Below, piece by piece: positions 40,611-49,049 of a stretch of 64,000 nt of DNA (position 1 is the stretch's first letter; each line of letters opens with the position of its first letter). This DNA is from an uncultured Verrucomicrobiae bacterium (GTDB taxonomy: Bacteria > Verrucomicrobiota > Verrucomicrobiia > Chthoniobacterales > Chthoniobacteraceae): NCBI GenBank assembly GCA_963769025.1, contig CAVYKI010000010.1, positions 160,001-224,000 of the forward strand, in the 5' to 3' direction. The notes beneath the pieces were generated by a model, which saw nothing but the letters and a program-made list of their open reading frames with translations, did no database searches and had not been told where the DNA came from. The translations under genes were made by a program, and so were the position numbers.

Positions 40611-42062
40611 TCAGTTGCCGGCCCGCTCGTTCGTGACGATCGTGATCTGGCCGTTGCGGCCCCGGATCACATCGCGGATGACAAACCCGCGCCCGCCTTC
40701 GCGCGTAAACGTGGCGTTTTTCGCCGGAATCGCGGCGCCCTCCGGATACTCGACGACGATGAGCGCCGCACTGTTGCCGGGCTGCGTCGGATCGGCATCC
40801 CGATCGCGCAGCGATTCCTGCGTCCGCAGCGCCACACGCCTGCCAAGCACGCCCGTGACGACAAAATCGCCGCTGAGCACCGCCGGTTCTCCCGTCGTAA
40901 AGCGATCCACCAGGCCGCTGGCCTCGGCAGTCGAGAGCACCCGCGCCGCTCGCGCCGCAGTGGGCGCCGGAGCCGGCGGCGCGGGAGGCGGAACAGGCGG
41001 GGCCGCGGGAACCGGCAGCGCGCCGATGATCGGCCTGCTCTTCACGATGGGACGCGGAGGCAGCGGCACCGCCGGCGCAGGTGTCGGCTGCGGACGCGCG
41101 ATCTGCGCGCGCCTTGCATTCGTGGCCGGTGCCGGTTTGGAAGAGCCGGCCTCGCCGGGTTTCGGCTCGTCCCCGTCCGACGGCTCGGCCGGCGGCGGCT
41201 CATAGCGCACCAATTCCGGACCGGCTAGCGCCGCCTGATCATCGCCGGCGCGGGCGAGCGCCTTGCGGCGGAATTCCTTGAACTCCGCAAGCGCGGTCGT
41301 AAGGCGCGGGTCCCGGACAATCGGCAGTCCGGCGCCGAGATTGAGATCGAACCCGTGGTCGCGCAGCAACTCCTCCGGCGATCGGAGCGAAAAACTGCCG
41401 GTCCCGCCCTTCAGCTGCCAGCCGCTGTACGGCAGCGGCACGACGGTGAACTGCATCCGCCCGTCCGCGTGGCGCTCCACATGCAGCAGCGCCCACAAAT
41501 CATGCGCGCGTTGCAACGTGATGTCCGCGCCAGTCGCCACGGTCTCGCGGATCGTCTCCACATTTTTCGGCGCAGCCGGAAAGACGAACTCCACGAGCAC
41601 CTGGGGCAGCAGCTCCGACTGCGCCACCGCCACCGCCCCGCTCGGGAAGCTATCCTTCCGCCCGAGCGCGTAGCTCTGCACCACTTGGAAGCGCCCGGCG
41701 ACATACGGAACGCGCCGGCCCGATTCGCGGAAGTTCATCAGGTAATTGCGGAGCAGCAGCGCGTTTTCGCGATCGAGTTCCAACTGCCCGAGCTTGCCGA
41801 AGCGATCGAGCAGCTTCGGCGCAGTCAGGAATTCCCCTTTCGGCGCGTCGGTGACCGCGAATCGCTTCGGCGGCTCGACGCGCTTGAACTTTTTCAGGAT
41901 GCGATAGCACTTCGGATTCTCCGGATGCCCGACCACGTAGAAGCTGCCGATCCAGCTCGCGAAGCACGCGCCGGTCATCACCAGCAGCACGACGGACCAG
42001 ATGAAAAATCCGTTCCCCGTGCCGCGACGCACCGGCTTCTCGTCCTCGAGCAAATCCACCAT
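40611..42062 (-). CDS. Hypothetical membrane-anchored protein with Pro-rich linker
   Basis: One N-terminal TM helix, two beta-rich regions separated by a Pro/Ala linker; co-oriented directly after iscA. Confidence 0.7.
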   Translation of the reverse strand: MVDLLEDEKPVRRGTGNGFFIWSVVLLVMTGACFASWIGSFYVVGHPENPKCYRILKKFKRVEPPKRFAVTDAPKGEFLTAPKLLDRFGKLGQLELDRENALLLRNYLMNFRESGRRVPYVAGRFQVVQSYALGRKDSFPSGAVAVAQSELLPQVLVEFVFPAAPKNVETIRETVATGADITLQRAHDLWALLHVERHADGRMQFTVVPLPYSGWQLKGGTGSFSLRSPEELLRDHGFDLNLGAGLPIVRDPRLTTALAEFKEFRRKALARAGDDQAALAGPELVRYEPPPAEPSDGDEPKPGEAGSSKPAPATNARRAQIARPQPTPAPAVPLPPRPIVKSRPIIGALPVPAAPPVPPPAPPAPAPTAARAARVLSTAEASGLVDRFTTGEPAVLSGDFVVTGVLGRRVALRTQESLRDRDADPTQPGNSAALIVVEYPEGAAIPAKNATFTREGGRGFVIRDVIRGRNGQITIVTNERAGN

Positions 42063-42074
42063 GCGCCTGACGGC

Positions 42075-42422
42075 TTACTGCGCCTCCGCGGGGGTTTCCG
42101 GCGCGGGTTCAAAGGACGTGCCGCAGCCGCACGAACGCACCGCGCGCGGGTTCAGGATGCGGAATCCCGCGCCCGCGAGATCGTCGGTGTAGTCGATCGT
42201 CGAGCCGCTCACGTACGGCAGGCTCGCCGGGTCCACCACCACCTGCACGCCGTCTCGTCCCTCCGCAAAATCCCCGGCGCCCGGATCATCCAGCTTCATC
42301 TCGTAGCTCATGCCCGCACAGCCGCCTTTCTCGACGTAGATGCGCAGGGCCTTCCCGGGTTCGCCTTTTTCGGCGAGCAAATCCTGAAGATGTTTGACGG
42401 CTGAATCAGTGAGCGTGAGCAT
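42075..42422 (-). CDS. iscA: A-type Fe-S cluster carrier (IscA/SufA/ErpA, HesB family)
   Basis: GGCAGMSY, IDY, NP.AVRSCGCGTSF. Confidence 0.92.
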   Translation of the reverse strand: MLTLTDSAVKHLQDLLAEKGEPGKALRIYVEKGGCAGMSYEMKLDDPGAGDFAEGRDGVQVVVDPASLPYVSGSTIDYTDDLAGAGFRILNPRAVRSCGCGTSFEPAPETPAEAQ

Positions 42423-42430
42423 CGCCGGCC

Positions 42431-42459
42431 AACGTAATGACCGCCGCCAACCAAGTCAA
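42431..42459 (-). promoter_or_regulatory. sigma70 promoter of iscA (near-leaderless)
   Basis: TTGACT-N17-TACGTT, 8 nt before the ATG. Confidence 0.6.
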
Positions 42460-44323
42460 ATGAGCCGAATCGCCCTGCTGCCCGAGGATGTGGCTTCGCA
42501 GGTGGCCGCGGGCGAGGTGGTCGAGCGTCCGGCGAGCGTGGTGAAGGAGCTGGTGGAAAATTCGCTCGATGCCGGAGCCACGCGCATCGAGGTGCTCATC
42601 CGCCGCGGCGGGAACTCCTCCATCCGCGTGATCGACAACGGCTGCGGCATGGATCGCGACGACGCGCTGCTCTGCCTCGAGCGCCACGCCACGAGCAAAA
42701 TCCGCACGGGCGCGGACCTCATGGCCATCCACACGCTCGGCTTCCGCGGCGAAGCGCTGCCGAGCATCGCGAGCGTCTCGCGCTTCCGCCTCACCACGCG
42801 CGAGCACGGCGCGCTCGCCGGGACCGAGGTGCTCGTGAATGGCGGCCGCATGGAGACCGTCCGCGATTGCGGCGAACCCGAGGGCACGCAGATCGAGGCC
42901 CGCTCGCTTTTCTACAATCTCCCCGCGCGCCGGAAATTTCTCCGCACGGAGAACACCGAGGCCAGCCACGTCGAGCACGTGCTCCAGCTCCAGGCGATCG
43001 GCCATCCGCACGTGGGATTCGTTTTTCTGCATGACGACCGCCTCGTGCATCAGCTCCCGCCGGGGCAGACGCTCCGCGAACGGCTGCGCGATCTTTTCGG
43101 CGCGACGCTCGTCGCGGAATTGCTCGACGTGCCCGACGCCGAAATCGCCGGCGTGCGCGTCTCCGGACTGCTCGGCCGCGCCGGGGTGAGCCGCTCCTCG
43201 CGCCAGCAGCAGATCGTCTTTCTGAATGGCAGGCCCATCGAGAACCCGACGATCTCGTTCGCGCTCCGCGAGGGCTACCACACGGCGCTGATGAAAGGGC
43301 AGCACCCCGTCACCTTCCTCTCGATCGAGATGGACCCCGCCGCCGTGGACGTGAACGTCCATCCCGCGAAACGCGAAGTGCGCTTCCGCGACCCGGCGCT
43401 CATCCGCGAAGTCATCGTCGAGATCACCCGCCGCGTGCTGGAAAGCGATCGCGCATCGTGGAGCCGCACCTTCACCGCGCCCGCAGCCGCGCCCTTCACG
43501 CCGGATGAAACGCTCCCGCTGATCCCGCCCTCGGAGCAATTCACGCTGCGCCGCGACTGGTCGCAAATCCCCTCTCCCGCCGCCGCGCCTTCGGAAAATG
43601 CCGCGCAGCAAATCCCCGCCGCTCCCGACGCCGCTCCGGTGCCGACTTTCGCCCCCGCGCCCTTCGCGCAGGCGGCGCCCGCATTTTCCCCGGAGCAACC
43701 GCAGGCCGCGCCCGACCTCGCAGCGGCGCACCCCCGGCCGGCGCAGGATTTCAAATTCATCGGCATCCTCGGGCGACTCTACATCCTCATGGAAAATGCC
43801 GGCGGTCTCGTGCTCGTCGATCAGCACGCCGCGCACGAGCGCATCCTTTTCGAGGAAATGCTCCGCCGCATGGAAGGCCAGGGCGTCCCCGCGCAGCGCC
43901 TCCTCCTCCCCATCACCCTGCAGGTCGCGCCGAAGGACGCCGACTGGCTGCGGGACAACCTCGACGCCCTCTCCCGCACCGGCATCGGCCTTGAGCCCTT
44001 CGGCCCGGGCACGTTCAAAATCGACGCGCTGCCGCAATTCCTCAGCGCCTCCGAGCCGTCGCAGCTCCTCCGCAACATCATCGACGAACTCCGCGAGACC
44101 TCGCAGCAGACCTCGCAAGCTCCGGCTCGGCGAAGACATGATCGCCAAGACCGTCTGCCGCCACGCCGTGAAGGCCAACGACATCCTCCGCGAACCCGAA
44201 TGCCTCCGCCTCGTGCAGGATCTCCTCGCCTGCGAACTCCCCTACTGCTGCCCGCATGGCCGCCCGACGATGATCCAGATGAGCTACGCGGAGCTGGAGA
44301 AAAAGTTCGGCCGCAAGGCCTGA
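42460..44323 (+). CDS. mutL: DNA mismatch repair endonuclease MutL, +1 frameshift near 44116
   Basis: AAGEVVERPASVVKELVEN, GFRGEAL, DVNVHPAK, DQHAAHER, then CRHAVK and CPHGRP in the shifted frame. Confidence 0.95.
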
Positions 44324-44368
44324 CCGGGAGCGGCGCGTGGACGGATGAAATGGGCGGACGGGAAAAGC

Positions 44369-44869
44369 TCAGCCGCGGCGTCGCGGCTGGCGGGATTTTT
44401 CCAAGGCGGACTCGACGGCCATCGGCAGGGCGTGGGGGCCGTCGCCGCCGATGGAGGCGTCGATTTCCTCCAGCCTCCGCACGAGGTCCCGCACTTCATT
44501 GCGGGAATAGGGGCCGCCGGCGGCGGAGCAAAAATGGGTGCGGCATCCGAAGGGACGCGCGTCATAGACCAGACATTTGCCAGCGCGATCGAGCAGCGGG
44601 CAGCGGCCGGTCGCGGGGTCGGCGGTTTCCGGGAGTTCGCGCCGCCCGGTGCGCCGGAGTGCGGAGGCGACGACCAGCGCCTCGCCGGCGGTGAGCATGG
44701 GAGTCCTCCCGGTCAGCTTGAACTGGCAGCACTCGGTGCTCCGCACGCACGAACGCTCGACGGGCTGCCGGGCGAGGTCCGCGTAGATCGCGCGGGTCGC
44801 CGCGATGGCGGCGTCGTAGGCGGTGGTGAGGAGTGGCTGCATCGCGTGACCAGACACCACGCGCGCCAT
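44369..44869 (-). CDS. YkgJ-family cysteine-cluster protein
   Basis: C....ECC, CPLL....CLVYDARPFGCR. Confidence 0.8.
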   Translation of the reverse strand: MARVVSGHAMQPLLTTAYDAAIAATRAIYADLARQPVERSCVRSTECCQFKLTGRTPMLTAGEALVVASALRRTGRRELPETADPATGRCPLLDRAGKCLVYDARPFGCRTHFCSAAGGPYSRNEVRDLVRRLEEIDASIGGDGPHALPMAVESALEKSRQPRRRG

Positions 44870-44903
44870 TTTTGCAAAGCTGCGCGGCGCCTGGCCGGCG
44901 GCC

Positions 44904-45419
44904 CTACTTCGCAGCGGGTCCGACCTTGATCATGAACTCGACCGGCTCGGCCTTTTGCTCGGAACGCTTGGCGCCGAGCTCGGGGCGCTTCATCGGGACG
45001 AAGATCTGGTGTCCCTCGTAGTCGAGGGTGACGCCGCCGTCGCGGATGGAGCGCAGCACGACGCGGAGGCGCTCGGTGCCGTAGACGACGGGAAGGAGTT
45101 CCCCTTCCTCGAATGACCGGCCGTTGATGGTGGCCAGCGCGGGATTGCCGGAGAGGATGCTCGTGACGCTGAAGTTGCCGGGCTCGAGCAGGATTTTCGG
45201 CGCCGCAAGCGCGGGGGTGGCAACGGTGCCGTCCGCCTTGATCTTCGGGCGTTCAAAGCCGATCGGCCAGAATGGGATCCTCGATTCCGTATCGACCGTG
45301 AACGAGGAGCGGTTCTTCAACTCGTAGCCCTTCGTCGCGTCGGACGACTCGGCCTGCGCAGTGACGGTGAGGACGGCGGCTGCGAGAGCGATGGTGAGAA
45401 TGAGCGGGGCTGGTTTCAT
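44904..45419 (-). CDS. Exported PilP/GspB-like protein
   Basis: Signal peptide; R.PFWP, VTSILSG.PALATING....G; ATGA-type overlap with the pilO-like gene. Confidence 0.55.
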   Translation of the reverse strand: MKPAPLILTIALAAAVLTVTAQAESSDATKGYELKNRSSFTVDTESRIPFWPIGFERPKIKADGTVATPALAAPKILLEPGNFSVTSILSGNPALATINGRSFEEGELLPVVYGTERLRVVLRSIRDGGVTLDYEGHQIFVPMKRPELGAKRSEQKAEPVEFMIKVGPAAK

Positions 45420-45967
45420 AGATGGACAATGTTTTGCAGGGTGAGGGACACGCGCTGGAACTGGACGTCTTCCCGGCCCGCCTCGATCTCCAGGGTCTGG
45501 ACTTCGATGAGCGGCTCGCCGTTCTCGAGGGCCGCGAGGGCCGCGGCAAAGGTGATGAACTCGACGCGGGGAATCTCGACAGCCCACGCGCACCTGCCAA
45601 AGCCCGTGAGTTCCTTTTCCGAGAGTTCGCCGGTCATGCGGGCGGACGCCCTGTCCACGCCCTCGCGCTTGAAGAAATCCGCAAGCTTCGTGGGCACCCA
45701 GGCGATTGGCGCGCCCTCGGGGATCATCGCCTTCACCTGCTCGAGCACCTTCTGGGACGCGGGCGCCTTGGCTTCGATGGCCTTGGTCTTCGCAATCTGC
45801 GTCCGCGCTGCGGTGATCTTCGGCCCGAGCGCATCGGTGTCCTTGATTGCCTTCTCCCGGCCCGCGCTGAGCGGCCCGAGGAGAAACTCGAAATACGAGT
45901 AGATGACGCCGCAGAAGAGCATTCCTCCGAGCACGATTTTTTGAATCTGATCCTTGGTGAGTTTCAT
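45416..45967 (-). CDS. PilO/GspM-like inner membrane protein
   Basis: TM helix, coiled coil, IP motif, ferredoxin-like C-terminus (LAALEN..P..EV). Confidence 0.65.
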   Translation of the reverse strand: MKLTKDQIQKIVLGGMLFCGVIYSYFEFLLGPLSAGREKAIKDTDALGPKITAARTQIAKTKAIEAKAPASQKVLEQVKAMIPEGAPIAWVPTKLADFFKREGVDRASARMTGELSEKELTGFGRCAWAVEIPRVEFITFAAALAALENGEPLIEVQTLEIEAGREDVQFQRVSLTLQNIVHL

Positions 45968-45978
45968 GAAGTGATTGG

Positions 45979-46632
45979 CTAGTGTTTGGCGAGGCGCTTC
46001 TGCGGGACCGGAGCCGCGACGGGCTCGGCTTCCGGCTTGAAGGTGACGTTGATGGTGAAGACCACCGCTGCGACGCGCTTGCCGTTGACCGTCAGGCTCT
46101 CCGAGCTGTCGTCGAGGTTGCGGAATGTCGCCGTGGCGTTCGGATACCGGGTGCCGACCCGCTCCGCGACCGCCCTGCGCAGATCCTCGGCCACCGCACG
46201 CGGTTCCTGGTCGGCGGCGATTCCCTCGATGTTCATCTGGCAGTTTCCAGACTTCTCGCGGCCTGTGTCGCAGGTGAGCTTCGTGAGCTGCACATTCGGA
46301 GGCACTGCGCCGAGGACGCTTTCAAACAGGGGCGCCCAGTAGATGCGGCGTTCCATTCGCTTGGCGAGCTTGTCGCCCAGGTCGATCTCCTTGTTCAGTT
46401 CCGCCTCCTTCTTCTCCGCGGCCTTCGCCTGCGGATCGAGCCGCTCAAATTCGGCGTTCTGCGTGTTGAAGGCCGATCGGGCGTCGCTCGTCCGTTTCAA
46501 CTGGAGGAAGTAGTAGCCGGCCATGCCGACGGCGACGACGATCAGGCCGAGCAGCGAGAGCTTGAGCGGATCGTATTGCTCCTGCCGCTTTGCGCGGAGG
46601 ACTTCGTGGTAGAGGTTGATGCGTAGGGCCAT
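45979..46632 (-). CDS. PilN-like inner membrane protein
   Basis: RINL N-terminal motif, TM helix, coiled coil, W.......VPPNVQLT. Confidence 0.75.
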   Translation of the reverse strand: MALRINLYHEVLRAKRQEQYDPLKLSLLGLIVVAVGMAGYYFLQLKRTSDARSAFNTQNAEFERLDPQAKAAEKKEAELNKEIDLGDKLAKRMERRIYWAPLFESVLGAVPPNVQLTKLTCDTGREKSGNCQMNIEGIAADQEPRAVAEDLRRAVAERVGTRYPNATATFRNLDDSSESLTVNGKRVAAVVFTINVTFKPEAEPVAAPVPQKRLAKH

Positions 46633-46638
46633 GGTCGT

Positions 46639-47694
46639 TTAGGCGTTCAGGAGTTGGGCGGCGGCTCCGCAGGCGATGCTGTAATCCAGCATCTCCTCCG
46701 CAAGCTGCGCGCGTTTGGTTGAGGAAACATTGACTTCGCAGCGCTCGACCGCGAACCACGGCTGGCACGGCATGCGGAGCTCCTCGCCGAGCAGCCGGAG
46801 GAGCGTGGCGTTCCTGGCGAGGCCGCCGGAGACCCAGATCTGGGAAATCGCCTCCTCGCGGCGCCCTTCGTAGAAGCCGATGGAGCTGCCGATTTCGCGG
46901 GTCAGCGCCATGAGCGCCATGCGGGCGTATTCGACCATCACCTCGTCTTCCGCGGCCAGCGCGGAAAGGACCGTCTCGGGACTCTCGCCGCTCAGGCCGC
47001 AGAGGGCCTCGACCAGCGACTTGCCGCCGAAATCCACGGAGCGGATGAGCGCCAGTTCGCGACGCGCGCCGATCATCATCGTCGAGGACAGATGGCCGAA
47101 ATCGATGAGGAAGAACGCCTGGTTGTCGAAGACTTCCTTCTGCGCAAACTCGAAGGAGTTGAAGACCGTGACCGGTGCGAGTTGCACGGCCGCGACGTTG
47201 TTCAGCCCGCCGGCCTCGAAGACCTGCGAGAGCTGCGTGATCTCGGCGCGGGGCAGTCCCGCGACCAGGTAGCGCCGTTGCGGAACGGAAGCCGATGCCG
47301 ACTGTTCCTTCGCCGCGCCCGGCTCGGTCTTTTCGCAGTCCACGCAATCGAGGACGAAATTCTTGCAGTCCTGGTTCATCAGCGCCGTGCCATTCAGGCG
47401 GAGCGCGTCGCGCAAAATCTCCGGCGGCGTCTCGGGCTGCTCGATGATGCGCACCAGCGCATCCGGGCTGCTCACCGCGACGGCGCAACCCTTGGCGCTT
47501 CCGCCCATGTGTTTGACGAGCGCCTTGAGCTGCGCGCCAATCGCCTCCGGGGTTCGTTCCGTGGCATCGTTGATGGGCATCGATGCGAAGTGCGTGATGA
47601 CGTAGCGGTCGCTGCCCTTCTTTTGCAGAAGGACGGACTTGAGGGAGTAGCGTCCGAGGTCAACGCCGATTGCGGATGAGAGGGTCTTAGCCAT
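46639..47694 (-). CDS. pilM: PilM-like actin-fold pilus assembly protein
   Basis: IGVDLG..SLKSV, LIDFG, FGG, VSGG.A, ACGAA; followed by pilN/pilO-like genes. Confidence 0.8.
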   Translation of the reverse strand: MAKTLSSAIGVDLGRYSLKSVLLQKKGSDRYVITHFASMPINDATERTPEAIGAQLKALVKHMGGSAKGCAVAVSSPDALVRIIEQPETPPEILRDALRLNGTALMNQDCKNFVLDCVDCEKTEPGAAKEQSASASVPQRRYLVAGLPRAEITQLSQVFEAGGLNNVAAVQLAPVTVFNSFEFAQKEVFDNQAFFLIDFGHLSSTMMIGARRELALIRSVDFGGKSLVEALCGLSGESPETVLSALAAEDEVMVEYARMALMALTREIGSSIGFYEGRREEAISQIWVSGGLARNATLLRLLGEELRMPCQPWFAVERCEVNVSSTKRAQLAEEMLDYSIACGAAAQLLNA

Positions 47695-47709
47695 TTGCGT
47701 TATGAGAAA

Positions 47710-47725
47710 AGCAGGTGTTATGCCG
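47710..47725 (-). promoter_or_regulatory. Putative sigma54 promoter of the pilM operon
   Basis: CGGCATAACACCTGCT (GG-N10-GC); the GC lies 16 nt upstream of the pilM ATG. Confidence 0.55.
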
Positions 47726-47739
47726 CGTTGTGATTGTTC

Positions 47740-47997
47740 TTAGCGCACGCCCTCATTTGATGCGGCGCCCGCACTTTCCATCCGCTCACCGTGCTGCGGG
47801 CGCATCTGCTCGAGCATCGCCGACAGCACCCAGAGCGCAACCGCCGCGCCCGCCACGATGACGACAATCCCGAGGGTCCCCGCCTTTCCGCGCCCGGCAT
47901 CGCGGGCGAGGCGGCGCTCCCTCGCGGAGGCCAGTTGCAGCTCGAGCACTTTCAGGAGTTGCTCGGAATTTGGTTCCTGTGTCTTGTCGCGGCTCAT
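47740..47997 (-). CDS. Small single-pass membrane protein
   Basis: EQLLKVLELQLA..R.RR helix followed by one TM helix. Confidence 0.55.
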   Translation of the reverse strand: MSRDKTQEPNSEQLLKVLELQLASARERRLARDAGRGKAGTLGIVVIVAGAAVALWVLSAMLEQMRPQHGERMESAGAASNEGVR

Positions 47998-48015
47998 GGA
48001 TGTTTCTGCCATAAA

Positions 48016-48704
48016 ATGATCGGTGAACGTTCCCAGCGGGTAGCTTATCTCGCGCCGTTCTTCGTTTTTCTTGCGTTCCTCTTCCTCGGGGAGGCCGTGG
48101 CGAAACTGGGCGAGGGCTATGCCTACTGGCCGCTCTCCCAGCCGCGGTATTGGATCTTCCCTTTGCAGACCGTCGTGTGCGCGCGTGCTGCTCTGGAAAA
48201 TGCGCGACCGCATCGAACTCCGCCCGCTGGCGGGTTTTGGTTTCGCGACACTGATCGGCCTCGTCGCCCTCGGGCTCTGGATCTCGCCGCAGGCCCTGTT
48301 CGGATTTCCGCCCCGCACGGACGGCTTCCGCCCGGATTTCTTCGGCGCCGACGGCAGACCCTACTGGGTCAACCTCACCTTCCGCCTCATCCGCATGGCC
48401 GTGATCGTCCCCTTCGTCGAGGAACTCTTCTGGCGCGGATTCCTGCTCCGCTACCTCGTGCGCGAAGACTTCGCCAGCGTCCCATTCGGCACGTTCACCT
48501 GGCGTTCGTTCCTCATCAGCAGCTTCGCCTTCTGCCTCGAGCATCAGCCGTCGGACTGGCCGGCAGCGGTGCTCACCGGCGCGCTTTTCAACCTCGTCGC
48601 CTATCGCACCCGCAGCCTCGCGGCCTGCGTCCTCACCCACGCCGTCACGAATCTGGCGCTCGCGTTCTACATCCTGCGGACCGGGCCAGTGGGGATTTTG
48701 GTGA
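48016..48704 (+). CDS. CAAX prenyl protease-related (CPBP) intramembrane protease, frameshifts near 48184 and 48685
   Basis: PFVEELFWRGF, F.LEH, HAVTN motifs; restored C-terminus TGQWGFW*. Confidence 0.85.
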
Positions 48705-48794
48705 GGCTGCAAAGTTCGGCGCCAGCAGCCTCTCAGCCCCTCGACTTTCAACTCCGAACCGCCCTTGGCCGGCGATCTGCTTTGGAAGACAGGC

Positions 48795-48983
48795 ATGATC
48801 CGGAATTCCTTCTTCCAAAAAGTCCTCCTCACCATGTTTTGGGGATTCTGCGCTGCTGGCTTGATCCAGTTTTACAAGCACATGATCTGGCAGGCCAATG
48901 AGGACATCAACGGCGCGGCCGCCACGAAGGAACTCTACAGCGACAGCCGCCAGGTGGTGCATCCCGTGCGCAAGGGACACTGA
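48795..48983 (+). CDS. Small hypothetical membrane protein
   Basis: 62-aa ORF with one hydrophobic helix that fills the intergenic gap. Confidence 0.4.
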   Translation: MIRNSFFQKVLLTMFWGFCAAGLIQFYKHMIWQANEDINGAAATKELYSDSRQVVHPVRKGH

Positions 48984-49049
48984 CGCCAGAACGCACGCAA
49001 ACTCGCGGTAGCCATCGCGCGCCGTTCTGACTTAGAGTCCGCGCCGTCC

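Noticed and set aside
48016..48704. PEP-CTERM/exosortase sorting locus
   Set aside because: Only the CAAX-related protease is present; no exosortase or PEP-CTERM tail found in the window
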